Positions 36,965 to 46,628 of a DNA stretch of 62,688 nucleotides are shown in pieces. Source of the DNA: a virus (lineage: Duplodnaviria; Caudoviricetes); IMG/VR virus record IMGVR_UViG_3300043783_000058, positions 1 to 62,688 of that record, one strand, 5' to 3'. How positions within the stretch are numbered: position 1 is the first letter of the stretch; every line of letters begins with the position of its first letter. The notes below the pieces were generated by a model. That model was given only the letters and a program-made list of their open reading frames with translations. It searched no databases and was not told the DNA's origin. The position numbers were made by a program, and so were the translations under genes.

Positions 36965-37542
36965 ACGATGAAGCTCTCACTGAAGCACTGGCTGCTCTTG
37001 TCCCTGCTACTCCTGTGGTTGGGAATGACATCGTGGCTGGTGCTCCGGCTGTGCCAACAGATCGAGAAAGCAGCGATGTGCGAGATGCTTTTTCAGATTT
37101 CGACAACCAACTCATTGCGGATTTAGTCGCAAACCTCAAGCCGAAGAAAGACATCCTTGCGCGATATGGACTCAACGAAGCCGATCTCGTCGCCCGCTCA
37201 CGTAATCCGGAGTGGCAGTCACGCTATCGACAGATGTCTGCGGTTTGGAACTCTGATCAGAACCTTAAGGAGCGAATTCGGACCAAAGCAGCGTATCTCC
37301 TCGAAGATTCTCTGGTGCCACTATTTCGCATCATCTCCGGGAGCGGCACTCACGCGGCCAAGCTGCAGGCGATTGACCAGCTGATGAAAATTTCAACGGT
37401 GGCACACATTCCGAAGGACGAGCCACCTGCCGGCGGCGGTAGCCGCATCACGATCAACATCGGCGGCGGGAAAGTCCCGATCACCGTCGGACATGAGGAC
37501 GCAAATGGACGAACCATCGCCCGTATCGACGCCCCAGGTTAA
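36961..37542 (+). CDS. terS: Probable terminase small subunit
   Basis: HTH-like ILARYGL segment, helical oligomerisation region, C-terminal ITINIG strand; upstream of terL. Confidence 0.55.
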   Translation: MNDEALTEALAALVPATPVVGNDIVAGAPAVPTDRESSDVRDAFSDFDNQLIADLVANLKPKKDILARYGLNEADLVARSRNPEWQSRYRQMSAVWNSDQNLKERIRTKAAYLLEDSLVPLFRIISGSGTHAAKLQAIDQLMKISTVAHIPKDEPPAGGGSRITINIGGGKVPITVGHEDANGRTIARIDAPG

Positions 37543-37864
37543 GGCCGAGTTCCCGAACGGGGATTGCGCCAGGGGGCGCGTGTACCAGCTCGCGAATCCG
37601 CTGAACGCGTTTCAGCAGATCGTCGTCATGGGCCTGGACACGTACACAGACACCGGCACGCTGATCCAGACGCTGCGCGGCGTGTGTGCGGACCAAGACA
37701 AGCGAATCAAGGAGCTCAACCAGGGCGAGCAGGTGTGGGCCGCTCGCGTAGGGGAGCTCCAGAACCGACTCGACAACCTGCGCGCGGTGCGCAGGAGCGA
37801 GCTGCGGCCGGAGATCGAGCAACAGCTGCTGGATCTGCCGTCGCAATATCGACAGGAAGGGTGA
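37505..37864 (+). CDS. Coiled-coil hypothetical protein
   Basis: GAGG RBS; heptad-like C-terminal half. Confidence 0.55.
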   Translation: MDEPSPVSTPQVKAEFPNGDCARGRVYQLANPLNAFQQIVVMGLDTYTDTGTLIQTLRGVCADQDKRIKELNQGEQVWAARVGELQNRLDNLRAVRRSELRPEIEQQLLDLPSQYRQEG

Positions 37865-37868
37865 ACCA

Positions 37869-38282
37869 ATGGCCGAGATTTCCAACCGCCTTGAGGCGGT
37901 CGTTACCAACCTGACGCGCAATCTCACGCACGTCGAAACCAACATCGCAACCGCTACCAAGGCTGTCGCGCAGTTGGACGACGCGTCGAAGGCGTCAATC
38001 GAGCAGCTCCTGACGAAGTGGGAGCATCCGCAGGCAATTTCCCAGTTCGTCACGGCCGTTGCCCAGCTGAAGGGCCTCACGGACGCGCGATCTGAGATGG
38101 AAGCCGCGGTCGCACTGCTCCAGGTGGGCGCCTCCGATGAGGAATTCCTCAGCGCTGCGCAGGCCCAGATGGAAGCCAACAAGGCGAGTGCCGCGAGCCC
38201 TCTTTCTCCCGCCGGACAGAGCCCTGTCGCTGCTCCTCTGGCTCCGGCGAATGAAGCCTCGGCTACCGCCCCGGCTGCGTGA
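37869..38282 (+). CDS. Helical Ala-rich hypothetical protein
   Basis: GGAAGG RBS; 137 aa. Confidence 0.65.
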   Translation: MAEISNRLEAVVTNLTRNLTHVETNIATATKAVAQLDDASKASIEQLLTKWEHPQAISQFVTAVAQLKGLTDARSEMEAAVALLQVGASDEEFLSAAQAQMEANKASAASPLSPAGQSPVAAPLAPANEASATAPAA

Positions 38283-38366
38283 TCGGATCGAGCGTGAGTG
38301 GCGTCAAAAACAATTAACTCGCGCAACAGAAGTGCTCATTAAGAAGCACCTTCGGTTGATGTGACC

Positions 38367-38394
38367 AACCCCCGGGGAAACCCGGGGAGTTTTT
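38367..38394 (+). terminator. GAAA-tetraloop hairpin plus U-tract abutting the terL start codon
   Basis: CCCCGGG-GAAA-CCCGGGG-AGTTTTT-ATG. Confidence 0.7.
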
Positions 38395-39816
38395 ATGGCC
38401 GACCATCGAACATTTAACGCACCGCCGACCCTGAGCGAGTTCATGCTCAGCGACAAGCGCGTGCGATTGGTACGAGGACCAGTAGGCTCCGGCAAATCAT
38501 CCGCGATGGTGATGGAGCTGCTGCGCCGCGCGACCGAGCAAGCGCCTGACCCGCGAGACGGCATCCGTCGGACGCGGTTTGCGCTCGTGCGCAACACCCT
38601 CCCGCAGCTGCAGACCACGACCGCTAAAACGGTAGCGGAACTGCTGCGCGGCATCGTAACTTACGAAGCACAGTACAAGACGTTTTGGATTCGCGTCGGG
38701 GACATCGAAAGTGAATGGATCATGCTACCGCTGGACACTCCAGAGAACGTACAGCGCCTTCTTTCGCTTGATCTCACTGCTGGATGGCTATCCGAGTTAC
38801 GTGAGCTGCCCCCACAAATTCTTATGGATGTGCTTGGCCGCTGCGGTCGGTATCCTTCGATGGCTAATGGTGGGCCTACCTGGCGCGGAGTCATCGGCGA
38901 GACTAATAGCTTCAGCGAAGACAGCCCCTGGTTCCCCATCCTCGAAGAAGGAGTGATGCCGGACGGCAAACCGCGGCCCGCGTCGTGGGGGTACTGGATT
39001 CAGCCCGGCGCGCGCGACGAAGGGGCCGAAAACCGTGAGAATCTCGTCGCGGGATACTACGAAGATCTCATCGCGGACAACAGCGCCGAGTGGGTCGAGC
39101 AGTACGTCGACAACAAGGTCACGCCGTCGCTTTCCGGTGAAGCGGTCTTCCGTGCCAGCTGGCGCAACGACTTTCACGTCGCAAAAGTCGACTTACTCCC
39201 GGTGCCCGGCACTCTGGTGGTTGTTGGAATGGACTTCGGCCGGAATCCAGCCGCCGTGCTCACTCAGATGGACATTCGAGGGCGACTGGTCGTCATCGAC
39301 GAGCTGATCACCAAAGAAGTCGGCAGCATGGGCATCGAGCAGTTCGTGACGACGCAATTGCGGCCCCTGTTGGCGCATCCGAAGTACGCGCGCCTCCCAG
39401 TCGGCATTGTCGGCGACCCCGCCGGCGTAGCCCGCTCACAGATCGGCGAGGAGAGCGTCTTCAAGGCGCTCGGGCGTCTCGGCTTCGCCTCCCAGCCTGC
39501 GATGACGAACGACATTGAGCCGCGGCTGCGCGCGGTGGAGAAATGGCTGCTCCAGCAACGCGACGGCAAGGCCGCGCTCCTGGTTTCGCCTCACTGCACG
39601 AACCTGATACGAGCCATGGGTGCGCGCTACCGATACGAGCGCGTTAAGTCCGGGGAACTCAAGCCCTTACCGACGAAATCACACCCCTGGTCAGATATTG
39701 CCGACGCACTTCAGTACGGCGTGCTGGGACACAGTGGTAACGTGTTGAGCCGCTTGAACCGTGTCCGGCGGAACGAAAAACCGAAGCCGCCACCCCCGTC
39801 GAGGGCTTGGACATGA
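38395..39816 (+). CDS. terL: Terminase large subunit
   Basis: Walker A GPVGSGKS, VRNTLPQL, Walker B-like WLSE, nuclease GMDFGRNPA and SDIADALQY. Confidence 0.92.
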   Translation: MADHRTFNAPPTLSEFMLSDKRVRLVRGPVGSGKSSAMVMELLRRATEQAPDPRDGIRRTRFALVRNTLPQLQTTTAKTVAELLRGIVTYEAQYKTFWIRVGDIESEWIMLPLDTPENVQRLLSLDLTAGWLSELRELPPQILMDVLGRCGRYPSMANGGPTWRGVIGETNSFSEDSPWFPILEEGVMPDGKPRPASWGYWIQPGARDEGAENRENLVAGYYEDLIADNSAEWVEQYVDNKVTPSLSGEAVFRASWRNDFHVAKVDLLPVPGTLVVVGMDFGRNPAAVLTQMDIRGRLVVIDELITKEVGSMGIEQFVTTQLRPLLAHPKYARLPVGIVGDPAGVARSQIGEESVFKALGRLGFASQPAMTNDIEPRLRAVEKWLLQQRDGKAALLVSPHCTNLIRAMGARYRYERVKSGELKPLPTKSHPWSDIADALQYGVLGHSGNVLSRLNRVRRNEKPKPPPPSRAWT

Positions 39817-39877
39817 CAAACAAGTGCTTAGACGGTAATCTGGCCCGACAAGACCGCTCTTAGGCGGCGGAGCTACG

Positions 39878-42199
39878 ATGGGAGCCATTGACACGACCTC
39901 GCCGACCGCCGGATACGCCGGCACCGCAGCGAATCTCGGCAACTCAGCCCGCGCCGCCAGCCCCATCCCCGGGGTCAACGACGGCGCCGCAGCTGATCGT
40001 TCCGGGAAGTCGAATGCGTTCCGGCAGCAGCGTGGTCACGCCCTCGACCCGATGAAGCATCAGGGGCGCGGTTTGCTCCGCGTTCTGTCCAACGACGAGC
40101 TCGATGCAGCCGAAAGACGCTCCGTGGACCTCTCTGAAGTCGAACATGAGGTCGCAACCGAGCTCGCGAACTACGTTCGGCAGCGTTTCGAGAAAGCAGT
40201 GCGCCACCGGCGCGTAATTGCAGTCGACGATGAGTTGATTCGCGACATGCGCGCCTACAACGGGCAGTACGACCCGGGCACGCTGCAGGCGATCCAGTCG
40301 ATGAACGGCTCGACGGTGTACTCGCGGCTCATGACAATGAAGTGCCGGGGCGCCACCGCGCTGCTCCGGAACGTCTACATGAACTCGGATCGCCCCTGGA
40401 CGCTCTATCCGACCTCCGATCCGACCGTTCCTGACTCCATCGAGAGCAAAATCGCGAATTTGGTGCACTCGGAGGTCATGAATGCGAACCAACAGGGCCT
40501 TCAAGTGCCCCAGGACCAGATTCGCGACCGACTTTTGGAGCTTTACGAGGCTGCGAAGCTCAATGAGCGCCGCAAAGCCGAGGAAGATGCCAAACACGCC
40601 CAGTTGAAGGTCGACAAGATCCTCGAAACCGGCCGTTTCTACACCGCGCTGAGCGAATTCTTGGCCGATCTGCCCGTGTACAAGTACGCGGTGCTCAAAG
40701 GACCGGTCACGCGCAAGCATACGAGCCTGAAATGGGTCCGTGGGAGCCGAAAACTAGAAGCGCACGAGGAAGCGCGCTTCTTTTGGGAGCGCGTGAGCCC
40801 CTGGGACATCTGGTTCAGCCCCGGCGCGACCAACATACACAACACGGAGGTGTTTGAGCGTCAGCGCATGAGCGTGAACGACCTCTACAACCTCATCGGC
40901 CTCCCCGGGTACCGCGAGGAGGACATCCGCGCGATCATCCAGGCGTACGAGGGCCGCGGCTTCAAGGAATGGATACAGATTTTCGACTACGAGCGCGCCC
41001 AGATGGAGGGCCGCAACAACATTCTCGATGACACGTACATCAACGCCATCGAGTTTCACGGTTTCATCCTCGGCCGGTACCTCATGGAGTACAAAGTGCC
41101 GGGTGTGGACGATCCGCTGAAGCCTTACTTCGTCACGGCGTGGATGGTCGACAAGCGCATCTTCAAAGTGATGCTGAATCCCAGCCCGCGCCTGCGCGTC
41201 CCCTACTATGTGACGAGTTTCGACAAGCAGCCGGGCTCGCTGTTCGGCAACGGCATCCCCGCGCTGGCGAACGACCTGACCGACGTGATCAACGCCACGC
41301 TCCGCGCGCTCGTTAACAACATCGCGATCAGCTCCGGCCCGCAGGTGGTGTACGACGAGGAGCTGTTCTCGCCCTCGCAGGACGACTCGCTCTACCCGTG
41401 GAAGCGGTGGAAGTACACCGGCGATCCGTCGCGGCCGAACGCCGCGCCCGTGACCTTCTTCCAGCCCCAGAGCAACGCGAACGAGCTCATGGGGATCATC
41501 GACAAGTTCTCAGTGATGCTCGACGACGTGAGCACCATTCCGCGTTATCTGACCGGCAGCGGTCAAGCCGGAGGCGCGGGGCGAACAGCATCGGGCTTGT
41601 CGATGCTGATTAACAATGCCAACAAGACACTGCAAAACGTCGCGGACAACATAGACACCGACGTGTTCCAGCCACTGTTGGAAATGCTTTATGATTTCAT
41701 CATGCTCACCGACACTACGGGTCTACTCCGCGGTGACGAGGAGATCGTGGTCGAAGGCGTGCGCCAGGCCGCGAAGCAGGAGCAGGATCTCACCAAGCAG
41801 CTCCAGTTCCTGCAGCTGATCAACAACCCGTCGTACCAGGGCCTGCTCGGTCCGGACGAGACGGCACGCATCCTCCAGCAGATCGCCGACAACATCGGTA
41901 TGGAGGTCAAAGTCAAGCAGCCCGGCGACAATCCGACGCCGCCTCAGTTGCCCGGCCTGCCGCCCGCGGTGGTCACGCCTCCGGGCTGGCCCGCGAGCGC
42001 CGCGCTCCCGCCGCCCGCGCAGCCGGGGGCTGGTCCGGCCGGCGGAACCGGTGCGGGGTTCAACCCGCAGGGGTCGAACGCGCCCGCGCCGAGCGGCGCC
42101 GCGCCTCCGGGCGCTGGCGGAGTACAGGGCATCCCGGCCGCGCCGCAGGGGTTCGCGCCGCTCAACACGGTCCAGCCCCAGGCACTACCAGGAGTTTGA
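39878..42199 (+). CDS. Portal protein
   Basis: 773 aa immediately after terL; GAGRTASGLSML motif typical of podophage portals; Pro/Gly-rich tail. Confidence 0.88.
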   Translation: MGAIDTTSPTAGYAGTAANLGNSARAASPIPGVNDGAAADRSGKSNAFRQQRGHALDPMKHQGRGLLRVLSNDELDAAERRSVDLSEVEHEVATELANYVRQRFEKAVRHRRVIAVDDELIRDMRAYNGQYDPGTLQAIQSMNGSTVYSRLMTMKCRGATALLRNVYMNSDRPWTLYPTSDPTVPDSIESKIANLVHSEVMNANQQGLQVPQDQIRDRLLELYEAAKLNERRKAEEDAKHAQLKVDKILETGRFYTALSEFLADLPVYKYAVLKGPVTRKHTSLKWVRGSRKLEAHEEARFFWERVSPWDIWFSPGATNIHNTEVFERQRMSVNDLYNLIGLPGYREEDIRAIIQAYEGRGFKEWIQIFDYERAQMEGRNNILDDTYINAIEFHGFILGRYLMEYKVPGVDDPLKPYFVTAWMVDKRIFKVMLNPSPRLRVPYYVTSFDKQPGSLFGNGIPALANDLTDVINATLRALVNNIAISSGPQVVYDEELFSPSQDDSLYPWKRWKYTGDPSRPNAAPVTFFQPQSNANELMGIIDKFSVMLDDVSTIPRYLTGSGQAGGAGRTASGLSMLINNANKTLQNVADNIDTDVFQPLLEMLYDFIMLTDTTGLLRGDEEIVVEGVRQAAKQEQDLTKQLQFLQLINNPSYQGLLGPDETARILQQIADNIGMEVKVKQPGDNPTPPQLPGLPPAVVTPPGWPASAALPPPAQPGAGPAGGTGAGFNPQGSNAPAPSGAAPPGAGGVQGIPAAPQGFAPLNTVQPQALPGV

Positions 42200-42263
42200 T
42201 GATTCGACAAATTGCGGTACGATCAGGTTGCTAGCCCCGTACCCCCGTCAAGAGGGATGACCC

Positions 42264-42803
42264 ATGAAGCGAGATGCAAACGAAAAAGCAGGCCGTCAAG
42301 GCGGACCCGCCCACAGCGGATTCGGCGGTACCCATGTCGGCGGAGTCGACCGTGACGGCGCGGGCAGCCCCAGCCAGGTTGACAAGATTCGGCCCGCCGG
42401 CGTAGTGCCGCAGGGCACTGGCCCGACCTTCACCTGCAACGATCCCATCGTCGGCAAGACGTTCGGCGAGAAGCGCGGGAAGACCGAGGGCAAGTTCAAG
42501 CCGTCCTACGGCGCCTCTCATGGCACCGGTTCCACCGTGGTCACTGAGAAGACCGGTCCGACGCTGACGGTAAACAAGCCGGCGCTGACGCAGCCGTACG
42601 CAGATGTGAAGCCGGTGATCTCGAAGCAGATCGCCGAGGAAGTTTCGAAGTTCCGCCCCTTGGAAACTGCTGGGGAGCTGACCGCAACGCAGTCTGGTAG
42701 CGGGGGTCCGACCGATCATCCGTACTTTCTCTCGAAGGAGTACGACAAGAAGGGCGCGAAGTCGAGCATCGGCAAGCGCGTCAAGCCGTTCGAAGGTGCG
42801 TGA
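42264..42803 (+). CDS. Gly/Lys/Thr-rich putative head-associated protein
   Basis: Between portal and scaffold; shares the TAGELTA.QSGSGGP.DH.Y motif with the next gene. Confidence 0.7.
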   Translation: MKRDANEKAGRQGGPAHSGFGGTHVGGVDRDGAGSPSQVDKIRPAGVVPQGTGPTFTCNDPIVGKTFGEKRGKTEGKFKPSYGASHGTGSTVVTEKTGPTLTVNKPALTQPYADVKPVISKQIAEEVSKFRPLETAGELTATQSGSGGPTDHPYFLSKEYDKKGAKSSIGKRVKPFEGA

Positions 42804-43102
42804 TGACCGAGCACAAGACTTCAGTCACCGGCCCTGTGATCCACTGCAACGAGACCCACGTGCCCGACAACGGCGGCGCGGCGGGGATCAAGCCAGAGGG
42901 CAGCATGGCCTCGTACCCGAGCAAGGATCAGGGCTGCTTCCGTGGCGCCCAGACCGCCGGCGAGCTGACTGCCTCTCAGAGCGGCAGCGGCGGCCCAGTG
43001 GATCACGAGTACCTGCTGCGGAAGACCTATCCGAAGCACGGCGGCGAAGCTGCTGAAATTCACGGCCCACTGAAGGCCAAGTTCAACGGTGCACGCAAAT
43101 GA
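42803..43102 (+). CDS. Paralog of 42264..42803
   Basis: TGATG coupling; TAGELTASQSGSGGPVDHEY. Confidence 0.7.
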   Translation: MTEHKTSVTGPVIHCNETHVPDNGGAAGIKPEGSMASYPSKDQGCFRGAQTAGELTASQSGSGGPVDHEYLLRKTYPKHGGEAAEIHGPLKAKFNGARK

Positions 43103-43377
43103 AAGGCGTAGTCAACCCGCCGGTTCACTTTCCGAAGGAAGGGAGCCAGTCCAAGCTGTCGCATGACATGAGCGGCGACAAGCGCATTGATCACAAGATT
43201 CTCACCAACGGCGAGGCTGTCGATCTTGGCATGGCCCCGCCGCACCGGCGCCTCTGGGAACGCGACTACTCGAAGGAGAAAGCGGCCCCCGGACTCAAGG
43301 ATTTCTCCGAGGCAGCGGAGCCCGGCGAAACCGGTATCCATCTCGACAACGTCCACCGCGCAGGCGGCAAATTCTGA
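43099..43377 (+). CDS. Small hydrophilic head-region protein
   Basis: ATGA and TGATG coupling on both sides. Confidence 0.65.
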   Translation: MKGVVNPPVHFPKEGSQSKLSHDMSGDKRIDHKILTNGEAVDLGMAPPHRRLWERDYSKEKAAPGLKDFSEAAEPGETGIHLDNVHRAGGKF

Positions 43378-43589
43378 TGGCCACCCGAGCTGAACTTGCG
43401 GCCATCATGGCTGCACTGACTCCGAACGCGAACTGGCGTCAATACGTCAACACGCTGGAGGGGCATTACAACTCTCTCGTGGACCGTCTTCTCGATTCCC
43501 CACATCCGGACGAGGCGCTAAGAGGCGAGTGCCGCGCGGTCCGTAACCTGCTGAAGAACATCAACAAAGCAACTGGAGATCTGACATGA
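43377..43589 (+). CDS. Small helical head-assembly protein
   Basis: W..Y...L..LRGECRAV..LL pattern typical of the gene just before podophage scaffolds. Confidence 0.65.
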   Translation: MATRAELAAIMAALTPNANWRQYVNTLEGHYNSLVDRLLDSPHPDEALRGECRAVRNLLKNINKATGDLT

Positions 43590-44662
43590 CCGAAGCAGCC
43601 GCCCCATCGGGCGTGAAGCTCCCCGCCGGCGTCCGCGCACAGGTGGAGGAAGCGAATCGCCTCATCGCTGAACTCAACGCTCCCCCTGTCGGCGCCCCCG
43701 GCAATGCCGGAACTCCCGGAACTCCCGGAACTCCCGGAACTCCCGGCACGGTGCACAGCCCGCCGAATCCCGGCCTGCGGCCCGATCTGGCTGCGCGCCA
43801 CGCGCCGCCCGCGCCGCCCCCGGTGCCGGATGCCGAGGAGCGCGCTCGCGTCGCCGAGGCGCGGTATGCATCGCTTCAAGGCAAGTACAACGCGGAGACC
43901 GCGGCGCTGCGCGCCCAGGTGGACCAAAACACCCAGCTCGTGAGCCAGCTGTTGGCGCGCGATGCCGCGCCGCCCGCCGCACCCGCCGCGCCCGCGCAGC
44001 AGTCACCGGAGGATTACCTTCGGGCGCTCGGCGCTACCGATCAGGACATCAAGGACTACGGGGAGTTGCTCCCGATCCTGGTGCGCATTGCCCAGAACAT
44101 GTACAGGCCGACCATCGACAAGCTGCAGGGCGAGCTCACGCAGTTGCGCGGCGCTGCCAATTCACAGAGTCAGCAGTTGGCTGTGACACGTCGGGAGAGC
44201 ATTTTTCAGGCGCTCGACGGGGTGTTGCCCACGTGGCGTGCCGTCAACGAAAGCACCGAGTTCCTTGATTGGCTCAAAGTTCATGATATATTCGCAGGCG
44301 TATCTCGTCAGGTAGCTCTGACGAGCGCTTTTAGGAACCTCGACCAAGCACGGGTCGTGGCCATCTTCGAAGCGTACGCAAGGGAATACCCCGAGCTGGC
44401 CCGAGCCCCGAACGCTCCATTAGTGGACCCCGGGACACTCGTAGCCCCCGAGATACGGGGGGATCAGCCGCCGGCGGCTCCCGAAGGAAGTGGGTCGAAG
44501 AAGATCTGGTCTGAATCCGAGATCCGAAACTTCTACACCCGAGTGCGGAAGAAGCAGGTGAGCGCAGAGGCTTACCGCCAATTCCAGGCAGAGATCGCGA
44601 CGGCGACCGCAGAAGGCCGGGTGAGACCGGACCGACTCGACTTCCACGCGAACTCACGATAA
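43586..44662 (+). CDS. Capsid scaffolding protein
   Basis: RYASLQGKYNAE coiled coil, W..VN..EFLDWL, C-terminal EI..A..EGRV; directly upstream of the major capsid gene. Confidence 0.75.
   Translation: MTEAAAPSGVKLPAGVRAQVEEANRLIAELNAPPVGAPGNAGTPGTPGTPGTPGTVHSPPNPGLRPDLAARHAPPAPPPVPDAEERARVAEARYASLQGKYNAETAALRAQVDQNTQLVSQLLARDAAPPAAPAAPAQQSPEDYLRALGATDQDIKDYGELLPILVRIAQNMYRPTIDKLQGELTQLRGAANSQSQQLAVTRRESIFQALDGVLPTWRAVNESTEFLDWLKVHDIFAGVSRQVALTSAFRNLDQARVVAIFEAYAREYPELARAPNAPLVDPGTLVAPEIRGDQPPAAPEGSGSKKIWSESEIRNFYTRVRKKQVSAEAYRQFQAEIATATAEGRVRPDRLDFHANSR
43707..43747 (+). repeat. 9-bp tandem repeat (GGAACTCCC)x4 encoding (GTP)4
   Basis: ccggaactcccggaactcccggaactcccggaactcccgg read directly from the sequence. 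Confidence 0.9.
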
Positions 44663-44692
44663 GAACAACATCCTTCGGGAAGGTGAACGAAC

Positions 44693-45805
44693 ATGGCGAA
44701 TCCAGGCGCATATCCCCAGGGCACACCGTACCTTGGCACAGCTGCCAATCCGGCGTACTCGGGAATTTTCATTCCCATCATCTGGTCGGGAAAGTTCGTG
44801 GAGAAATTCTACGACGCGACCGTGCTGGGCGCGATTGCTTCCACGGACTACGAGGGTGAGATCCGGAACTTCGGTGACACCGTCAACATCCGTACCCATC
44901 CGACGATCAACATCTCGCCGTACTCTGCCAACCAGGCTCTGGTCGTGCAGCGTCCGTCGAGCCCGCTGGTCACTCTGTCCATCAACCAGGGCGCGTACTT
45001 CAATACCGTTCTGGACGATGTCATGGAGATCCAGGCGGACGTGGACCTCCTGAGCAACTGGGCGGACAACGCCTCGGAGCAGATGAAGGTTTACGTGGAC
45101 ACACAGATTCTGACCATCGACTCCATCGGCAACAACGTCTCGCTGCCTGCCAACATGGGCACGGCCGCGGGCCGCATCTCGGGCTCGGTCAACCTCGGCT
45201 ACAGTGCCAACACTGTGACGGCCGGTGGTCCGACCGCTGGCGTGCCGCTGAGCATCGGCTCAGTCGCTGCCGGCACCGGCTCGGGAAGCACCAATGCCAA
45301 CGCTCGCAAGATCGTTGACTTCATCATCGACGCCGGCCTGGTGCTCGACGAGCAGCGCTGCCCTGAGACGGGCCGCTGGATCGTCCTGCCCGCCTGGGCA
45401 GCTGCGATGGTCAAGCGTGGTGTGTTCCAGCAGGCTTACCTGACCGGCGACGCGGTGTCCATCGCGCGCAACGGGCGTCTCGGCATGATCGACCGGTTCA
45501 CGGTCTATGTGTCGAACCTCCTGCCGGTAGGCAGCGCCAGCAACGCGCAGGCCCTGGGTAGCACGTACCCCGAGCTCGCCTCGATCAACAACCCTCCGGG
45601 GACTGGTGGTCTGGCAGCCGGCGAGTACGCGAGCTACTTCGGTCACGCGCTGGGCCTGACGTTCGCGTCGCAGATGACGAAGGTCGAGACTCTCCGCTCG
45701 GAGAGCACCTTCGGCACCCTGATGCGCGGACTGCAGGTGTGGGGCTTCCAGGTCATCAATCCGACGCTGGTCGGATATGCCGTCCTGAAGAACTCTGGTC
45801 TGTAA
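44693..45805 (+). CDS. Major capsid protein (HK97 fold, P22-coat-like family)
   Basis: FIP.IWSGK..EKFY..DYEGEI..GDTVNI, LDEQ.CPETGRW, RGLQVWG..V; strongly biased codons; followed by a terminator. Confidence 0.9.
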   Translation: MANPGAYPQGTPYLGTAANPAYSGIFIPIIWSGKFVEKFYDATVLGAIASTDYEGEIRNFGDTVNIRTHPTINISPYSANQALVVQRPSSPLVTLSINQGAYFNTVLDDVMEIQADVDLLSNWADNASEQMKVYVDTQILTIDSIGNNVSLPANMGTAAGRISGSVNLGYSANTVTAGGPTAGVPLSIGSVAAGTGSGSTNANARKIVDFIIDAGLVLDEQRCPETGRWIVLPAWAAAMVKRGVFQQAYLTGDAVSIARNGRLGMIDRFTVYVSNLLPVGSASNAQALGSTYPELASINNPPGTGGLAAGEYASYFGHALGLTFASQMTKVETLRSESTFGTLMRGLQVWGFQVINPTLVGYAVLKNSGL

Positions 45806-45810
45806 TCGAA

Positions 45811-45875
45811 TGCCCCCTTGGGGCAGCTGATCAAGGGGGCTATCCTGTAACGGGGTAGCCCCCTTTCTTCTTCTT
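45811..45875 (+). terminator. Terminator after the major capsid gene, with an overlapping alternative hairpin
   Basis: AAGGGGGCTATCC/GGGTAGCCCCCTT plus TCTTCTTCTT; competing stem GCCCCCTTG/CAAGGGGGC. Confidence 0.75.
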
Positions 45876-45888
45876 CAGGAGGTGCATC

Positions 45889-46206
45889 ATGGCTGTTGTA
45901 CGAGTTATCGTTGCGAAGGTCGCGTTCATTGGCGACGGCGCCGCGACGACCTACGCTCTCAATACAAACACTGGCGTGTACGAGTTGCTGGAGAACTCTC
46001 CGAACTCCGCGCCTTCCATCGCAATGAACGGGCTACCGCTGGGCGCCGCGACTGTGACTGCGATCAATCCGCTGTCTGGCATCACGCAGATCGGAAAGAT
46101 CCCGTACACGGTCGTGTTCGCGTCACCGACTGCGACGATCACGTTTGCCAGTGCGCCGCCGGCCGGCCAGCTGGATTATCTGACGCTCGGCCTGGTCGTG
46201 CCGTAA
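45889..46206 (+). CDS. Small beta-rich virion protein (decoration-like)
   Basis: AGGAGG RBS; GDG..TTY.L..ITFASAPPAG pattern. Confidence 0.65.
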   Translation: MAVVRVIVAKVAFIGDGAATTYALNTNTGVYELLENSPNSAPSIAMNGLPLGAATVTAINPLSGITQIGKIPYTVVFASPTATITFASAPPAGQLDYLTLGLVVP

Positions 46207-46215
46207 GGTGCGGCC

Positions 46216-46626
46216 ATGGTCACGTTCGTCTCGAAGTCGCTGGATGACGCCGTCACGCAGGTGCGGCTGACGATCAATGACGTTGGTGTGAACGGGGCCA
46301 ATTTCCGTTACACCAACGCTCAGATCGTCGCGCAGTTCAATACGGCGATCCGGGAGCTGTACCGCTACCGGCCGGACGCGTTCATCGGCAACTTCACGCA
46401 GGGGGTGCTGGTAAACAACAACCCGCTGCCAACGTATAGCGACGCGATAGATCTCGGCTTGAACCCAGCGACTGTGCTGCCGTTCGATGACCGCATGTTC
46501 TTCAACGCGGTCGTATTCTTCATCGTGGGAATGCTGGAGCTCGGCGACGACGAGTTCACTGACCAGAGCCGCTCCGCGCAGCTGCTGTCATCTTTCCGGC
46601 AGATGCTCATCGGACCAGGAGGCTGA
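46216..46626 (+). CDS. Head-tail adaptor-like protein
   Basis: VR..IND..RYT..FN.AIRE..RPDAF pattern; position after the major capsid gene. Confidence 0.65.
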   Translation: MVTFVSKSLDDAVTQVRLTINDVGVNGANFRYTNAQIVAQFNTAIRELYRYRPDAFIGNFTQGVLVNNNPLPTYSDAIDLGLNPATVLPFDDRMFFNAVVFFIVGMLELGDDEFTDQSRSAQLLSSFRQMLIGPGG

Positions 46627-46628
46627 TC

